A DNA stretch of 64,000 bases from Marsupella aquatica (Eukaryota > Plantae > Marchantiophyta): the NCBI GenBank assembly GCA_973895155.1, contig OZ316893.1, positions 5,780,171 through 5,844,170 of the forward strand, written 5' to 3'. The notes under the pieces were generated by a model. It worked only from the letters and a program-made list of their open reading frames with translations, had not been told where the DNA came from and searched no databases. Every line of letters starts with the position of its first letter. The stretch's first letter is position 1. This document shows positions 1 to 13,417 of the stretch, in pieces. Made by a program: the position numbers and the translations under genes.

Positions 1-529
1 CGCAAATGAAGGCGCATGGCAGGCTTGCCCGAGATGGAAACCTGGGTCTGAAAGCATGGCTTGGTCTGTATGGCCTAACGTTCTCATCTCATTGGTCTTG
101 TTTTCCATTACATAAATTGCCGATAGCAAAGTCCTTACTCTGTGTTGTTTCCATGGGCAGATGAGCGTATTCCTGGCGCTTGGGATTTGCAGGCGGCGCA
201 TAACAGCTGGTTGGAGGCACCAAGCTTTCAAAGCAGATTCGGCATAACCCCGACATGTAAGCCCAATTGAGTAACTGACTAAAGTACAACTTTATATAGC
301 GCATTCTTTGATTTTAGTGTTAAAATGATTGTTATCAACGGTATGGATTCATGTGATGATGCGCATTGTTGACTAAAGAGAATTCACATTTCATGCAGAC
401 ACAACGTGGGACGCATGGCAGAGCAACAGAAAAATTGTGGAATTCATGGTGGGCTACTCTTGCGCCCTGTTCTCCATGGAACGCCGAACTGACTGTAGTA
501 TTGCACTAAGGACATAAATCAGCATTTAA

Positions 530-2580
530 TGTCCAAAACTCGGTATTCGATCCCATGGAAGAACAAGAAAGGAATGATTTTCTATTATTTAACACTTATG
601 AATGACTAAGGTCACAAAAACATAGGTTTGAGCCTTTTACTATGGTTGCTCAGCAAGACATAGATTTGAATGTTTGCTTAACATTGTAAATGCAATTAAT
701 AAAATGGAAACAAATAACAAAACACAATGAAATCTTGAGGTATGATGAGAGAGTCTGGAAAACACCAAGGTAACTTCTCATCAATACTTCATTTGATGTG
801 ATTTGGGTGGTAAATCCGTAAGAACATTTCTGGAAGGGATTACTATACTAGGATGATTACTAAAATGCCGTCAACACGTCTCAACTTTTCCTTCCAAAGG
901 TACTCAGAAGAAACTAGTAATCAATCACTTCGATATCCAGTCAGTACTCTGAGTCACGAATAATAAACACCATCATGATCAAATTGAAGTCACAGGTAAT
1001 TGGTGAGTAACAATCTTTGCATCCCATGCACAAGCAATGTCACGCCAAAAACTATGCATCAAGAACTCAAGAAGATGGGAAGTCACCACTTAAGGAATCT
1101 ATTCCCTCGTACTTTTGAGATTCAACTTCATACAAGTAATTTTACTTCAATGATCTAAACTCTCAATCATTCAGACCAAGGAAGGGAGAAGAATTCCTTT
1201 GCATTTGCAAGCTCCATACCATACGAAAACACACGAAAGCTTTGCAAAGGTGATTGCAGTGTTGCAGCACATGCCACATGCACTACTTTATTTCTTCACA
1301 CTTGAAAATGACACAAATTCTACCTCATATAGGCTAGCAGGAACGCAAGGAGACTGAGAGACTGAAAGGACATGCCCTTTCATTTCTAAAGGGTCTTGAA
1401 TAAACTTAATGACGGTCATCCTTGAAAAATGAATGGACACTGCTGAAAGTGTCAAAAATGCAGGGGACGCTTCTCAAAGCGTCGAGGTTTGAGCGGACGC
1501 TTTGCAAAGCGTCGGTGTTTGCGGTAAAACTAATAAACAGTGATCTTAATCTAATTTTAACTTCTAAACTAAGAGTCGGAATGCATTGAAACTTTTCTCG
1601 GGTACTCTACTACATATAATCTTTATGCTGACAAAGTTTCAGACTTTTCTAAGATCTCTAAGTGCCTCAAATAAATCAGTAAAAGCGATGTGGTGTTATA
1701 AAAATGCGAAAACTAAATTTTTTTCTAAGTGTCGGGAACATAGTGGACGCTTCAAAAAGCGTCCAAAACTACAAAGGACTTTTATGGACGCTTTACAAAG
1801 CGTCGGCTGAATTTCGAGGTTTGGTCGCAGCGTCCGTCTTCTGGTCTTCGGGTGGGACGCCTCCGTGGGCGTCGTAGTCGATGTTGCCTTCGGGGTAGCA
1901 GACGCTTCTGTGGGCGTCGCTCCTCATGTGGATTGCAGAGCGTCGGAGTACAGCTGGTTGGGTGGCGGACGCTTCAGAAAGCGTCGTGGTCTTGGGTGGA
2001 CGCTTCAGAAAGCGTCCAAAAATACAAAGGACGTTTCTCAAAGCGTCGGCGAAGTCGCGGCTATGCGAAAAACAGCAAAACTAAATTAATTCTAACTTTC
2101 AAACCACATGTCGGTTTGAACTGAAACTTTCAGGGATAATTCTACTATGTAACTACTAACTCCTGAAAAAGTATGAGATTTTTCTGACCATGATAGCTAT
2201 TTAATTAAAATAGCAAAGATTGATTGATTGTGATAATTGCACAGAGAGCTCATTCTTGTTGAAGAAGTGTTTTGGAGTCCGGTTCTTGAATCTTCTAGTC
2301 TGCATTGCTTCTCCAATGATGTCCAGTCTTCTTTCTTGGTAGCATGTAAAGAGCAATGATTTATATTGGCGATCCTTGTCCAATACAATAGCCTCCAATG
2401 AAGGATAATATTAGGTAAAGTGTTCAGTTGATCTAAATTGCTACAAAAGATAACTATACTGCGTCTTTGAGTTAGAAAAAGTTCAAAATTTATAAATTTT
2501 CTATCATTTCTAACTAATCTACTGTATTACACTGACCCCACTGACAAAAGTCGGTTATTTGGGAGGGCTGAGGGTTTGTC
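530..2580. mobile_element. LTR-retrotransposon-like non-coding segment (LTR/UTR remnant); boundaries approximate
   Basis: No coherent ORF. Many copies of the short palindrome GACGCTTY-(A-rich)-AAGCGTC at 1465-2050, and two diverged copies of a block containing TGAAACTTT (~1500-1680 and ~2040-2190). This texture is typical of plant Ty3 LTR/UTR regions. Clean TG...CA ends and a TSD were not established. Confidence 0.35.
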
Positions 2581-2965
2581 TATTGACCCTCACATGGAAA
2601 TCAGTTCTAGAAGGAAGGGAAATATGCTATTAGGAGAAGGGTTTGTTTATGTCAAACTTCTCGAACTTCCATCAACTGTGCAGACCGGAGGACCCGATTG
2701 GGATCCAGCTGTGTCAAGGCAGGGGTGCCTCTACAAGAACCTGCGGGTGGGGAACAAAATACGTTGGCCACTGAGTCTGGTATCGCCTTGTAAAAGCGCT
2801 CCCCGTGGGCATATCGGATTGAGGACTGTGCCCTCTCCTTGCAGGCCACGCTTCATAGTCCCTGAACCTCATCCTTCAGAAGTGGACTTTCTATATCCGG
2901 TTGTTCCCATCAGCTAGCTGGCTCCATAGTACTGTAGCTATTTTGGGCTTCGAGGGAATGTTTTC

Positions 2966-2983
2966 TTAGAGCATCCCCACTGG
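2966..2983 (+). mobile_element. Orphan PIF/Harbinger-type terminal inverted repeat (TTA + GAGCATCCCCAC)
   Basis: TTA|GAGCATCCCCACTGG. The first 12 nt are identical to the left TIR of the complete MITE at 53007. No partner TIR was seen. Confidence 0.5.
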
Positions 2984-3547
2984 TCGCTCCATTTGCGGGC
3001 CGGTATTGGGGGTATTTTCAGAGCTCATGGGGGTCGGGCCATCCGTCCAGTAGTTGCCTCGGAACTTTTCAGGCTGTAAAAAGTAGTGACCAGCTGATGT
3101 TCCCCTCCGAAGAATGTCGAACACTGCAAATGCATGTTTTGCTTTGCTCATAGCTCATGGTTTCTCGTTGTGTTGTTATTTGTGTATTTCAGTGGATAGC
3201 ATTGCGCTTGCCTTGGACACAAGTTGCATAAATACATTGTGAAAGACTCTTCATTCAAGAAACATGATTGATGACATTAATCCCATATTCAGAAAGAACG
3301 ATCAGATTGGCATACGACAATCTCTGAATGAGCGTATGTTAGTCTCCCTAGAGTAAGGAAAAAATAGATGTCATTTTAAACAAAGATTTCTAAAAAACAA
3401 ATTGTCCCCTTCCCTTTTATATCCATCCCCTTCATTTACCCTAAGCGTTGTCGCATCAGCCACACATAAATAAAGTCTCACTATGATTAGTTACAAAGAG
3501 TAAATGAAAATATAAGTTCTCACTATGATTCTTTCGAAAGGTATCTG

Positions 3548-4371
3548 TGCCATGTGTAGTTTGAAGTCCTGGAAATCACGGTATGGACGGCAACCAGGCG
3601 ACGTCCCCGACGGCCTCCGAGCAGGGTCGTCCAGGCCGGCCTCATCCAGAGGACCGCCTTTTATGTTGAATCCGAAGAGGCTGTCTCGTCTTTACTCCCC
3701 AATGTGGAAGAGGTGAGGAAAACACATTATCCAGGATGTGGAGTGGCTTTGATTGGACTATGCCATGTGTAGTTTGAAGTCCTGGAAATCACGGTATGGA
3801 CGGCAACCAGGCGACGTCCCCGACGGCCTCCGAGCAGGGTCGTCCAGGCCGGCCTCATCCAGAGGACCGCCTTTTATGTTGAATCCTAAGAGGCTGTCTC
3901 GTCTTTACTCCCCAATGTGGAAGAGGTGAGGAAAACACATTATCCAGGATGTGGAGTGGCTTTGATTGGATTATGCCATGTGTAGTTTGAAGTCCTGGAA
4001 ATCACGGTATGGACGGCAACCAGGCGACGTCCCCGACAGCCTCCGAGCAGGGTCGTCCAGGCCATCCTCATCCAGAGGACCGCCTTTTATGTTGAATCCG
4101 AAGAGGCTGTCTCATCTTTACTCCCCAATGTGGAAGAGGTGAGGAAAACACATTATCCAGGATGTGGAGTGGCTTTGATTGGACTATGCCATGTGTAGTT
4201 TGAAGTCCTGGAAATCACGGTATGGACGGCAACCAGGCGACATCCCCGACGGCCTCCGAGGAGGGTCGTCCAGGCCGGCCTCATCCAGAGGACCGCCTTT
4301 TATGTTGAATCCGAAGAGGCTGTCTCCTCTTACTCCAAGCCAGCCTCCGTAAGGAAAACACATTATCCAGG
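3548..4371 (+). repeat. Tandem repeat, 213-bp unit, ~3.9 near-identical copies
   Basis: Units start with TGCCATGTGTAG at 3548, 3761, 3974 and 4187. Each contains ATCACGGTATG. Confidence 0.97.
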
Positions 4372-7027
4372 TTATTCATTAGGAGTGGATTTGCACGATA
4401 GATGTGGATGTGAAAAAAGATGTCATTGTTGTGGCCATTTTATGCTTGGGGCCAGTGATTGTGTCATTGGTCGATTATAAGGTTATTGCAAAAAAGAACT
4501 TACTATGTAGTAACAAATACTTCATAGAGAGATTTCAAAAAAATATTAATACTTTTTATCAGCTCAATAGCCTTTTTCCACTTTGCTAATTTTTTGGTGG
4601 CAAATATAAACAGGTTATTCATTAGGAAGAGTGAGATTCAACAATTTGCGCATAAGGTACAAGAGTAAAATAACAGATGAAACTAAAAGTAATCATGAAC
4701 ACAAGTAGAGGTACTTGTGTGTACTTACCCTAGGTAATGAACTGGCCGCTGGATTCGCCATATAGCAGTTTCATAATTTAGTTCTCAGCTCAATACCCTT
4801 TTCCCACTTTACTACAAATAGCGTCTTTTCAACTGGAAACTCTAATTTGTATTCTTGTTTTTCTATAAGTTTACTTTACTTGAATGGGTAAACCCTAAAC
4901 CCTAAACATATGTCCAAAAGTAGCATTGGGGTCTCATCAAATTGTCTTCTTGGACCATTACAGTCACGTGTCAACTCACATCCCTTCCAATCACCTTGAT
5001 ATTAGAATTGTACTATGGCATGTTAGTACCATAGTCTAGGGGCGGATTGAAACTCACCTGTGCCCCAAGGCACTTTCATTCCTTTAGTGTGAACTCTTTT
5101 GCTCACTCCCATGTAAAAAAATCAGAATTGTCATCGTTGGCATCTGTATTTTATTGCCAGATGGCATACGGCAGTTTGTTACGTATCATTGCTTGGTCCA
5201 GTGAATGACTTAAATATATTCCCGATGTTTATCCTGGTATGGATGTTGGGTGTCGCATATGCCCTATCCCGATGCGCAATTTAGGCCACGTACTAACTCC
5301 CCACCCCCTCCCCTGACGCGAATCATACACGATCTTTGCGGCCGTCGTATTTACATACCATGATATTACCAAGTGCTCCTTTACACGGACAGAACTAATT
5401 CAAAAAATGTAAGTGGGGCATACAATTGTCATGTACATCCGGTATGACATAAAGTGTTCCACATAATTTTCCGAGACAATTGTACATCTTTCGAGCGATC
5501 TTTTCAGGCGTCGTCCGCCACAAAATGTGTTCTGCACAGGGTTTCGTTCATGTCTATTAAGTGGCAAGGTCGATGATGTGCCAGTTCGTGGGGCTGTAAA
5601 TTTGGGCGTCCACAACCGATACATTATTGATCGCTACAGGAGCTCTCGGAGCAAATTCAATTGCTAATGCGAGAATGTAAGTGGGGCATACAATCATCGA
5701 CCACTCTTGCTGATCGCAATAGTGGAGACATCACATCAGGAATGCAAGGCTCTGTTCGAGCCCAGCCTCACAAATGGATGGATGTAAATCCCTGGAAGCG
5801 CTTTGCATCTCCCTGCAATAGCACACGAGGTACTGCTCTTGGGAGGAGTGGACCGAGACCTCCATTTTGTTGCTGGGAAATGTGATAGCAAAAATGGAGA
5901 CTTTATTCACAGTTTATGCTTTACATGTGTCAATCATCATCTGCAATGCCCTGGGATAGGTGCAGTATCGGCATCAACCCCTCAAACGTCTGGCTGCACT
6001 CAACCTCCTTGGGCTCTTCTTCGATTGTAAACCCTGCAGAACGTAACTTGTGGGGCATAATGTTCTTCGAAAGTTCGTGACGACGTTGTGCACGATCCAT
6101 CCCGGGTATCTCTTTTGCAGTGGGCGTGAGGAATGTCCGCCTCGGGAAACGTAGTACTAGGTGACTGCCGTTCTCGTCCTCACAAGGCGACAACAAATGT
6201 AATGGCCAATGCACAAACTTGCCTTGTGCAAGCCAGGAATACGAATTCTGAGCGCATGGCACTAAACCCATGTCCCACTCTGGTGAGCCATACCATGATT
6301 TGAATGACCACTCCAGTATCAGCAAATATGCCATTCCCTCGCTCAATGATGCCGCCATGGCATTCTTCACCACCCCCCTGCCCATCACCACAACCCCTCC
6401 CTTGCCAGGGATGCATAGTGCACAACTCGTGCCATCGACAACCTCTACACCTGCGACTCAATGCACCATGGTATCAACACGCTGGGACGGTATTCATACC
6501 ACGATTTCTCACATTTTCTTATACTGTATCACTATGAGTTACGTGTACACACCTCTTTGGCCGTCGTGTGGAGGTAATTCGGGTACTATTTCCACCAAGG
6601 GCCACTTCTGTTTGGCACCCAGCTCGCTGTCCTGAATGTTGTGTTGGGGCCCCTGGTCCCGTTTGTGGCAAGCCTCTTCCGTTGACGCAAGTACCTTCCC
6701 TAATACCTTCCCTATTAAGCCACATAAGATAGCAATAAAACATGAGACACTTTGTCTCTGTCATGAGTTATCCTCCATGCTACGATGTGGGTTTCTAGCA
6801 ATGCCAATACAGGAATATCCAATCTTCAACAACAATGAACGTGCGAGTAGGCATGGAACACGAGCCTAGGTACCACCACATACTGCGCTTGTATGTCAAA
6901 GTGGGTGTGATGTTTCCGATTAACGCCTCGTCCTCTACAACAGCCCTAGTGACTGCTGCCGCACCGCCCATGTATCTTGATTCGCTCGGAAAACGAGTAT
7001 TGCATCAGATCCAAGCAATGCTCTCGT

Positions 7028-7480
7028 CATACCACGACATAAACACAAAACAATGTCGGATATCATTGTGCGGCACCACCTGTTGGGCAGCCACTGTGCA
7101 TATCCCCGCGAGGCGAGTGTGCATGCGTAGCGCAATTCGAGGTATCTTCGACCACAATACCGGCACTGTCGTCGAGCTGCGGGCCATCTTGGCCCATCTC
7201 CTCCCCTGCACCGGGGCAAACGCGGTTTTGAGTCCCTTCCCCATTGGAGCATATACATAATGGCTTCTCCGCTATCAACATACCACGACATAAACACAAA
7301 ACAAGTCGGATATCATTGTGCGGCACCACCTGTTGGGCAGCCACTGTGCATATCCCCGCGAGGCGAGTGTGCATGCGTAGCGCAATTCGAGGTATCTTCG
7401 ACCACAATACCGGCACTGTTGTCGAGCTGCGGGCTATCCTGGCCCATCTCCTCCCCTGCAACGGGAAAATGCGGTATTCA
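7028..7480 (+). repeat. ~200-bp direct duplication (7028-~7230 and 7279-~7480)
   Basis: Near-identical copies, both starting exactly at CATACCACGACATAAACAC. Confidence 0.92.
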
Positions 7481-7638
7481 GCCCCGTTCTTGGCACACAC
7501 CACGAGAAGTTTATAAAGGATTTCATGAATTCAATGTAAGGTAAATTGGTATAACTTGGACTCTGACAGGGAAATTCAGAAGTTACCCAGATGCGCTTCC
7601 ACAAGAGTGAACCCGTATTTTTGCTGGAACCGGCGATA

Positions 7639-8806
7639 CTAAATCTCCCACCTTAGTGACCCTTTGTTCTCGTTTGTAGGGACAATTATCCTTCCAGGCT
7701 TCTCGGGTGGGCGGGGGATTTCGTTCACCCATGCAGCCAAACATTCAGTATACGACCTTATATTTCGGCCGGCATACCTATACATTTCAACCTCGTAATG
7801 AATATCAACAGGATCAAAGCCTGGCCTCCATTTCTCGTCGTCGTCAGATATCTCCTTCTCTGCATCTCCAAATTTTCCCTACTCAAAATTAAATAAAACA
7901 TTCGAGTTTAGATTCGTGGACTTGCAATTACATACCATTACAATTACTAAACTCTTCACAAAGTTCATAGTTTCAACATCTTCAGATCCCTGTCTATTGT
8001 ACCTCTGCTGTGGCAGTCTCTTTACTCTCGACAATACCGAGCGCCTGTAGCCGACGCATGCGGTGCTTGAGACCTTCTGTCCCGTTCCTCCTCTTTTGCT
8101 CCATTCCCTCTGCACTAAATTTCCAGTCGTAGAAGGAGAGGTGCAGTGTGTGGTGGATTGTCTCTACAGGGTTGCTGCTGAATGACAAATACCAAAGTGC
8201 CTTTTCTGCAGCTAACATGTATCCTACCATTGCTTCAAACATGTCATCCACTGACTCCTTCCCCTGCCCCAGTGCATGCAATACCTCTTGCATGACTGCA
8301 ACAAGACCTTCCGCTGAACCAATCAGCCCCAACTCCACATTAACCCGTTCAAACCATTCTTGTCTGGTCATACCATCTGCCAATTCAGAGATTTTGGAGG
8401 CAATCAAGGCCCTGAAGTGGTGAATATTGGCTCCGGACAGAATTATTCTAAGGTGACGTGTGAACCAAACTCTGAACTGTGGACTGTATAGCATTGCAAA
8501 CCCTTCCAGATATGGCAATTCCAATGCATGCATTGCAAGATAAAAGTGTGGCATTGAAGTAGGCGATGGAGGACAACCAGTGCGCAGATAAGTTAGATGC
8601 AAAGTGAGGGACTCTTCTACAATACGTGCTCTCCGACGATTTAGTTTCCCACACATGTACCGACGCCATCTGTGAGGGAAAAACCCATTGGTGGCCCTGA
8701 AAAGCCTGATCATCTCTTCTGTGGTGGCCTCCCGTGAAGTGGTGCCCTCCACCTTCTTCCTCCCTGGCTTCACGTTGTCGTGGTAACTTTGGTGCAAATA
8801 GTACAC
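7639..8806 (-). CDS. Orphan family paralogue A, C-terminal part (exons ~8806-8003 and 7878-7639); 5' end unresolved, possibly a pseudogene
   Basis: Aligns by eye with 28764-27291 (EEMIRLFRATNGFFPHRW vs EEMLKLMRTRHGFFPWRW; FYDWKFS vs YLDWRFS; HRMRRLQALG vs HRRRRLLELG). A GT-AG intron at 8002-7879 leads to exon 2 GKFGDAEKEISDDDEK...ENKGSLRWE. Confidence 0.7.
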
Positions 8807-10388
8807 CTAAGTTACACGGGTATATTTTGGGTTTGCAACATCTCGACTTAAGATGACAAATAAGACCATAAGTCAGGTACCTATGCTTGTAGCGGGTTGC
8901 CGATTCATAAAGAAACGAGGAACGAGAGGAGGAGGCAACAACTCTAAGGCAAGAAAGCAACAATGGACGGAGTGCACGGGGCGCCAGTTGGATTTCCAAA
9001 TCACGTTGAATTTCAGTTTCGGGTTATGGAGAAAGTTCATTTTCGGCAATTCATCGTGCATCACTTTGGTGTGCGATTCCTTCGGGAGGTTGAAGAATCC
9101 GCTCAACCTTTGTTCTTATCCACGCTTACATATACACATAAGTGGGTTATATGTTTTTATATTTTAACATAATAGCTAGTTTGGTGATTCATCATGCCTA
9201 GTTACAAAATTTAGGCATCCTATGATGGGTTAGAGTGACGACAAAGCACTTCTAAATAAAGTATTGTGGGCTATATGAATAATTATCATAAACTAGAGTA
9301 TAGGCCTACTAGGTGGCTTTACTTTTCCACTAGATTTGTGACATAGCAAAATATATAGGGATACGTGGCATACATGTGTAAAAAGGCCTTGCATGGTTGC
9401 ATGTCCATTTAGAATCAAACACATGGCCAATTAGGTGTCGAAAGGAGGATACGCATGGAAACATGCCCAATAGCATCCAAACACCTTGTTGTTTACATGT
9501 TCAAATATTATTGGACCATGTGTACCAAAGGGGTGAGTCATTACCCCTCCAAAGCACTATAAATAAGAAGCCTGCCCCTTGGGGGTGGCATGGTGAGTTT
9601 CTTTGTTATTCCAAACTTATGTGCAAGAATAGTGTGGGGAGTATAAGAATTCATAGAATGTGCTTGGAAGCTAGGGATGTGACATTGTTAGAAAGTTATT
9701 AAATAGTAAAGGTTGTACTATATAGGAAATCATTATGATATATTTTTCTTAGGGAAATAATATTCTAACTTTGATCACCTTGATGAGCACACCAAGTTTG
9801 CTTTTGGAATCATTTGATTTTAGTATAATACTAGAAAGTTATGATGACTTGAAGGTTTAGATTATGCTCAAATAGAACCATATTTTTCTGAGTTTGAATA
9901 TTGCTTATAATATTTTCCTAGAATAAGATGCATATTTAAATTTTTTTCCTGGAAATAGATAAGAAGCTATGTTATGCCTAGGAAAAAGTTTTGAGGGTAT
10001 ATCTATCTTTAAGTGAGATATATAGTATGGTGACGGTGACAGGGTCTTCGTAGCCTGCAATCTAGATAGGTCCACCATTTTTCTTTGTACCTGTTGATGG
10101 AGATAGAGTTTTGACTCGAACCTTTGAGGGATGATAGGATAGTAAATACTTGGCTTATTTGATATGGTACAAAGGAAATTGACAACCGTAGGTGAATTTC
10201 CTATATTCAAGAAGCTTGTACCGTGATTCTGAATTACAAGATAGACCTCAATAGAGTTCCTAGGCCTAATTTTAGTATAGATTGTAATGTTCGGGTGATA
10301 TGTCGCCAAAAAACTGAGTTTCGAGCCTTCATCATCAGAAACTTTGGGGAGTCGGCATATACCATGATCATTTCATCCCCGATTCCAT

Positions 10389-10730
10389 TCATTGTTCCCA
10401 TGACAATTGAACGATTTCGGGTAATGATCGTAGTGTTTTATTAGCACGTCGTAGCGTATTGTTCTTCCGACAGACAGAAGCCCGGGCTTTCCCGACATCG
10501 CCCACGAACTTCACGACAACGTACACCACACTCTGCACCAGATCCTCATTCTGATGTTCTGGGCATTCTCTCCAATGCCTGTTGATGTACTCCTTCTTGG
10601 AAAATATGCCTGTTGCGGGACATCCTGGAATAAGGCACTTCCAATCGTAAACTGTTGGATGTCGGGCACTCTGCACTTTTCGAAAATGAAGACCTTCCAC
10701 TGCTTCCAGGTGCGCCTTGCGTTCGGCCAT
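10389..10730 (-). CDS. Orphan family N-terminal zinc-finger-like ORF
   Basis: LEAVEGLHFRKV...DWKCLIPGCPATGIFSKKEYINRHWREC matches LEAIEGTHFRKV...DWDCVIPGCPSAKTWARKDRINEHWRRCH in the 28764 gene. ATG at 10730. Confidence 0.65.
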   Translation of the reverse strand: MAERKAHLEAVEGLHFRKVQSARHPTVYDWKCLIPGCPATGIFSKKEYINRHWRECPEHQNEDLVQSVVYVVVKFVGDVGKARASVCRKNNTLRRANKTLRSLPEIVQLSWEQ

Positions 10731-12052
10731 ACCGTGTACCCTGTGAAAATTGAACGGAAGATCGCCGTCTGCAGCTTGTAATGTCGGGTTGCAGATTCGC
10801 ACCAAACAAAAGACTCCTTTGCAGGTCGCGGCAGCTCAAGCTTCTAAGTGTTCCCTTCGTCGATGCTCGTACGAGGAGTTTGCACATCGTGAAAGCTTCA
10901 GGTTTTTACTATTCTGTTAGTCGATTCTCGTAGGAGGAGTTATAGTCCCGCATTAAACTGTCGTTATGGGAAATCTCATAACCTGTCGTGGCGGCATACT
11001 ATGATTTGGCACTATATGGTAATCTATTGTTATCACGGTATGGATGGGTGTCATACACGTGCAGTTTGTGGCTACGGCTTCAAAAGTTCGGCGGTCATCA
11101 TTTTCGCACATGTCGGGGACACGGGGGTCCGGAGAGAGACCATACAATGATCACCAACATTGCCTTCAATTTTTCATTGAGTGAACTATGTATATTACTA
11201 TCTCTTATCTCTGAGTTTACCGGGAGGGCTGTCTGTGAAATGCATTTTTGGCCGCACTAGACTCATCGCACGAAATTGACGTTTTTTTCCATGTCCTACA
11301 AGTAGAGCATGTGTAGTTCTTTTGGTTCCCTTGTAGCCAAATGACCTTAGGTACTTGTAAAAAGACATCACGAAGCTCCCATAAGGGCTAAGAATAACTA
11401 CTATATGGCATGCCCACCATCCATCTTCATAGCGGTGTCCCAATAGTGTCGAAGCTGAACACTTGACTAGTAAACGCAAAGTCATTGGAGTTATTTTCTA
11501 CAAATCAGATTCCACAAATCATTGTACGGCACCACCTGTGAAAAAGAAATGTCTTGCTCCCCCCTGCAGGCCGTCTTGCTGCTTGGCCGTCTTGCTACTG
11601 GGGCCTCGGCCACAGCCCGCAAAATTTGTTTGGTGCCAAAAAATTAGGAAAGTTGTTTGATGTGGTAAAGGAAAGGGACGTAGGTTTAGGTTAAGCGGGG
11701 GAGGATTAGGGGGAGGTACTTGTGTGTTCTTTTTTTACAATTGCTCCATCCATTACAACATTGTTGAGACTAGCAAATTAGCAACTGGTTGATACATAAC
11801 TCTAGCGAGTGCTTACATGGGGTTCACTGGAGCACAACTTCGAGTTCTCATACACAAGTTCCGAAGAGTTGCACACAAGGACGTTCAACAAGTTGTTACT
11901 CCAGGCCAGCTAACACATATCAATTGTAATTTTTTCATACACACATGCCGCAAATAGCCCGAGAAGAAGCTTTGTTTGTATTTACTTCAATGCTGGTATA
12001 TTTTATTATACCCCTGTAATGTTATATAACCCCTTAATTAACCAGTAAGGGG

Positions 12053-12146
12053 ATTACTTGACAATATTTGAAGTTTTGGGAGATTGGATATTATGCAAAA
12101 CTAGCTATAAACCAATCAACAAGAACTTCAAATATTGTCAAGTAAT
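12053..12146. repeat. Perfect 23-bp inverted repeat with a 48-nt spacer
   Basis: ATTACTTGACAATATTTGAAGTT (12053-12075) and AACTTCAAATATTGTCAAGTAAT (12124-12146). Confidence 0.9.
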
Positions 12147-12906
12147 GTCCAATCATCCAAAACTTCAAATATTTGTGTAGAGCCCTTAAATGGTGTATTA
12201 TAGGGATTACATAACATAGTTAAAAAAAACCCCAAGCATTGCACTTTAGTGTTTGATTATGATGATTGAATGGAGAATATATGTGGAGGCCTGGAATGGG
12301 GGGGGGGGAAGTTAATTGTACACTCATTCACTTTGACATAGTATGGTTGACAAAAATTGGAGAGTCTAAATACACATGCACCTATTGGAGAGAAATTTAC
12401 ATGCATCCACATTATGTAATGCAATCTGATATTAGTGGATTTTTCCCTGGATTTTCAGAATTACAACAGTCTCTCACTAGACCTGTAGAAAAGATGTCGA
12501 GATGAAAAAAAGATGGTGAGGTGAGAATATCATGCAAAGATGAGGAAAAGATGGGGGAAGCGAAGTAGAGGAGAGAAAAGATATAGAGGTTAAGGGCATG
12601 ATGTTCAGGGCGACATGAAGATGTCGAAGTGAAAAAATTTATGGCAACATGAACAAAACATAAGATGTCAAGGTGACACATATTATTTACATTTTTGGAC
12701 CCTGCAAATTCAAATCACAACCACTCTATAAAAGAGCGGACCCTTGTATTATAGTTTAGGATTAAATTATAGAAGTAAATGATCTTTCCTCTGCATAGTT
12801 TGGATGGGCTTAGGGACTTGTGCTTTATTCCTTTACAAAATGCCATCTACTCTGCTTATCGATTTACAAAGCGTTGTCTCCACACGTGAGTTACTCAGAA
12901 CCACGT

Positions 12907-13417
12907 GAAGCTGCTATATGGTGAATCTAAACTTTCAAATTTTGCCTTATTCCGATTTTGTGTCAAGTATTTTGATTTTAATGTGCCTTACTAAAGTGGT
13001 TTTGAATTACCTTTTGTACCCCTTTTAATTTTAGTGAACTTACAGTATTTTGAAAGTATTTGGCTCCCCTCTTAAATGTTCGAGAAATGAGTTTGAACAA
13101 TGTGCACATCTAGTGTACTAAGTTCCCCTAGTGATCTCCTTTCCAAAATTTATGGTTTTACGTGAGTTGACTGCCATTACTTAGAAGGAAGTGAAATCTT
13201 GTACTGTATGTGCACAACTCTTGAGTAACTTTATACTTTCTTGGTTTTTTTTGCATGATGATTTATGGTTTTGTGTGTTATGGCACTCACTCTTAATTAA
13301 GAGATCTTATTTCTTGGCATATACTTTATGTGTACCTAGTTACCTACTTCTTTTATCATAAAATTACATATCACTACAAGACCATAAAAAAAGACGTGTT
13401 CCAACATGAACATGCTA
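12907..13417 (+). repeat. Diverged ~510-bp AT-rich block, copy 1 (copy 2 at 23469-23995)
   Basis: Both copies start GAAGCTGCTATATG..GTGAAT and end CACTACAAGAC...TGTTCCA..ATGA.CATGCTA. Confidence 0.75.

Noticed and set aside
3548-4371. CRISPR-like array or coding repeat (213 = 71 codons)
   Set aside because: Whole units are near-identical with no unique spacers, no cas genes are present, the context is eukaryotic, and no ORF runs through the array.
4890-4907. Telomere-like AAACCCTAAACCCTAAA (also near 11682, 23093, 26053 and 28841)
   Set aside because: Only 1-3 units each. These are common telo-box-type words in plant promoters and TEs, not telomeric arrays.
5400-7500. Coding-looking ORFs such as 5930-6391 (minus) and the overlapping ORFs at 6935-7544
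   Set aside because: Possibly exons of another element gene, but I could not build a consistent spliced model or recognise a domain. The ORFs at 7000-7500 largely reflect the local duplication.
13372-13385. CACTA transposon terminus
   Set aside because: No inverted partner or 3-bp TSD was seen, and homology with the second copy extends on both sides.
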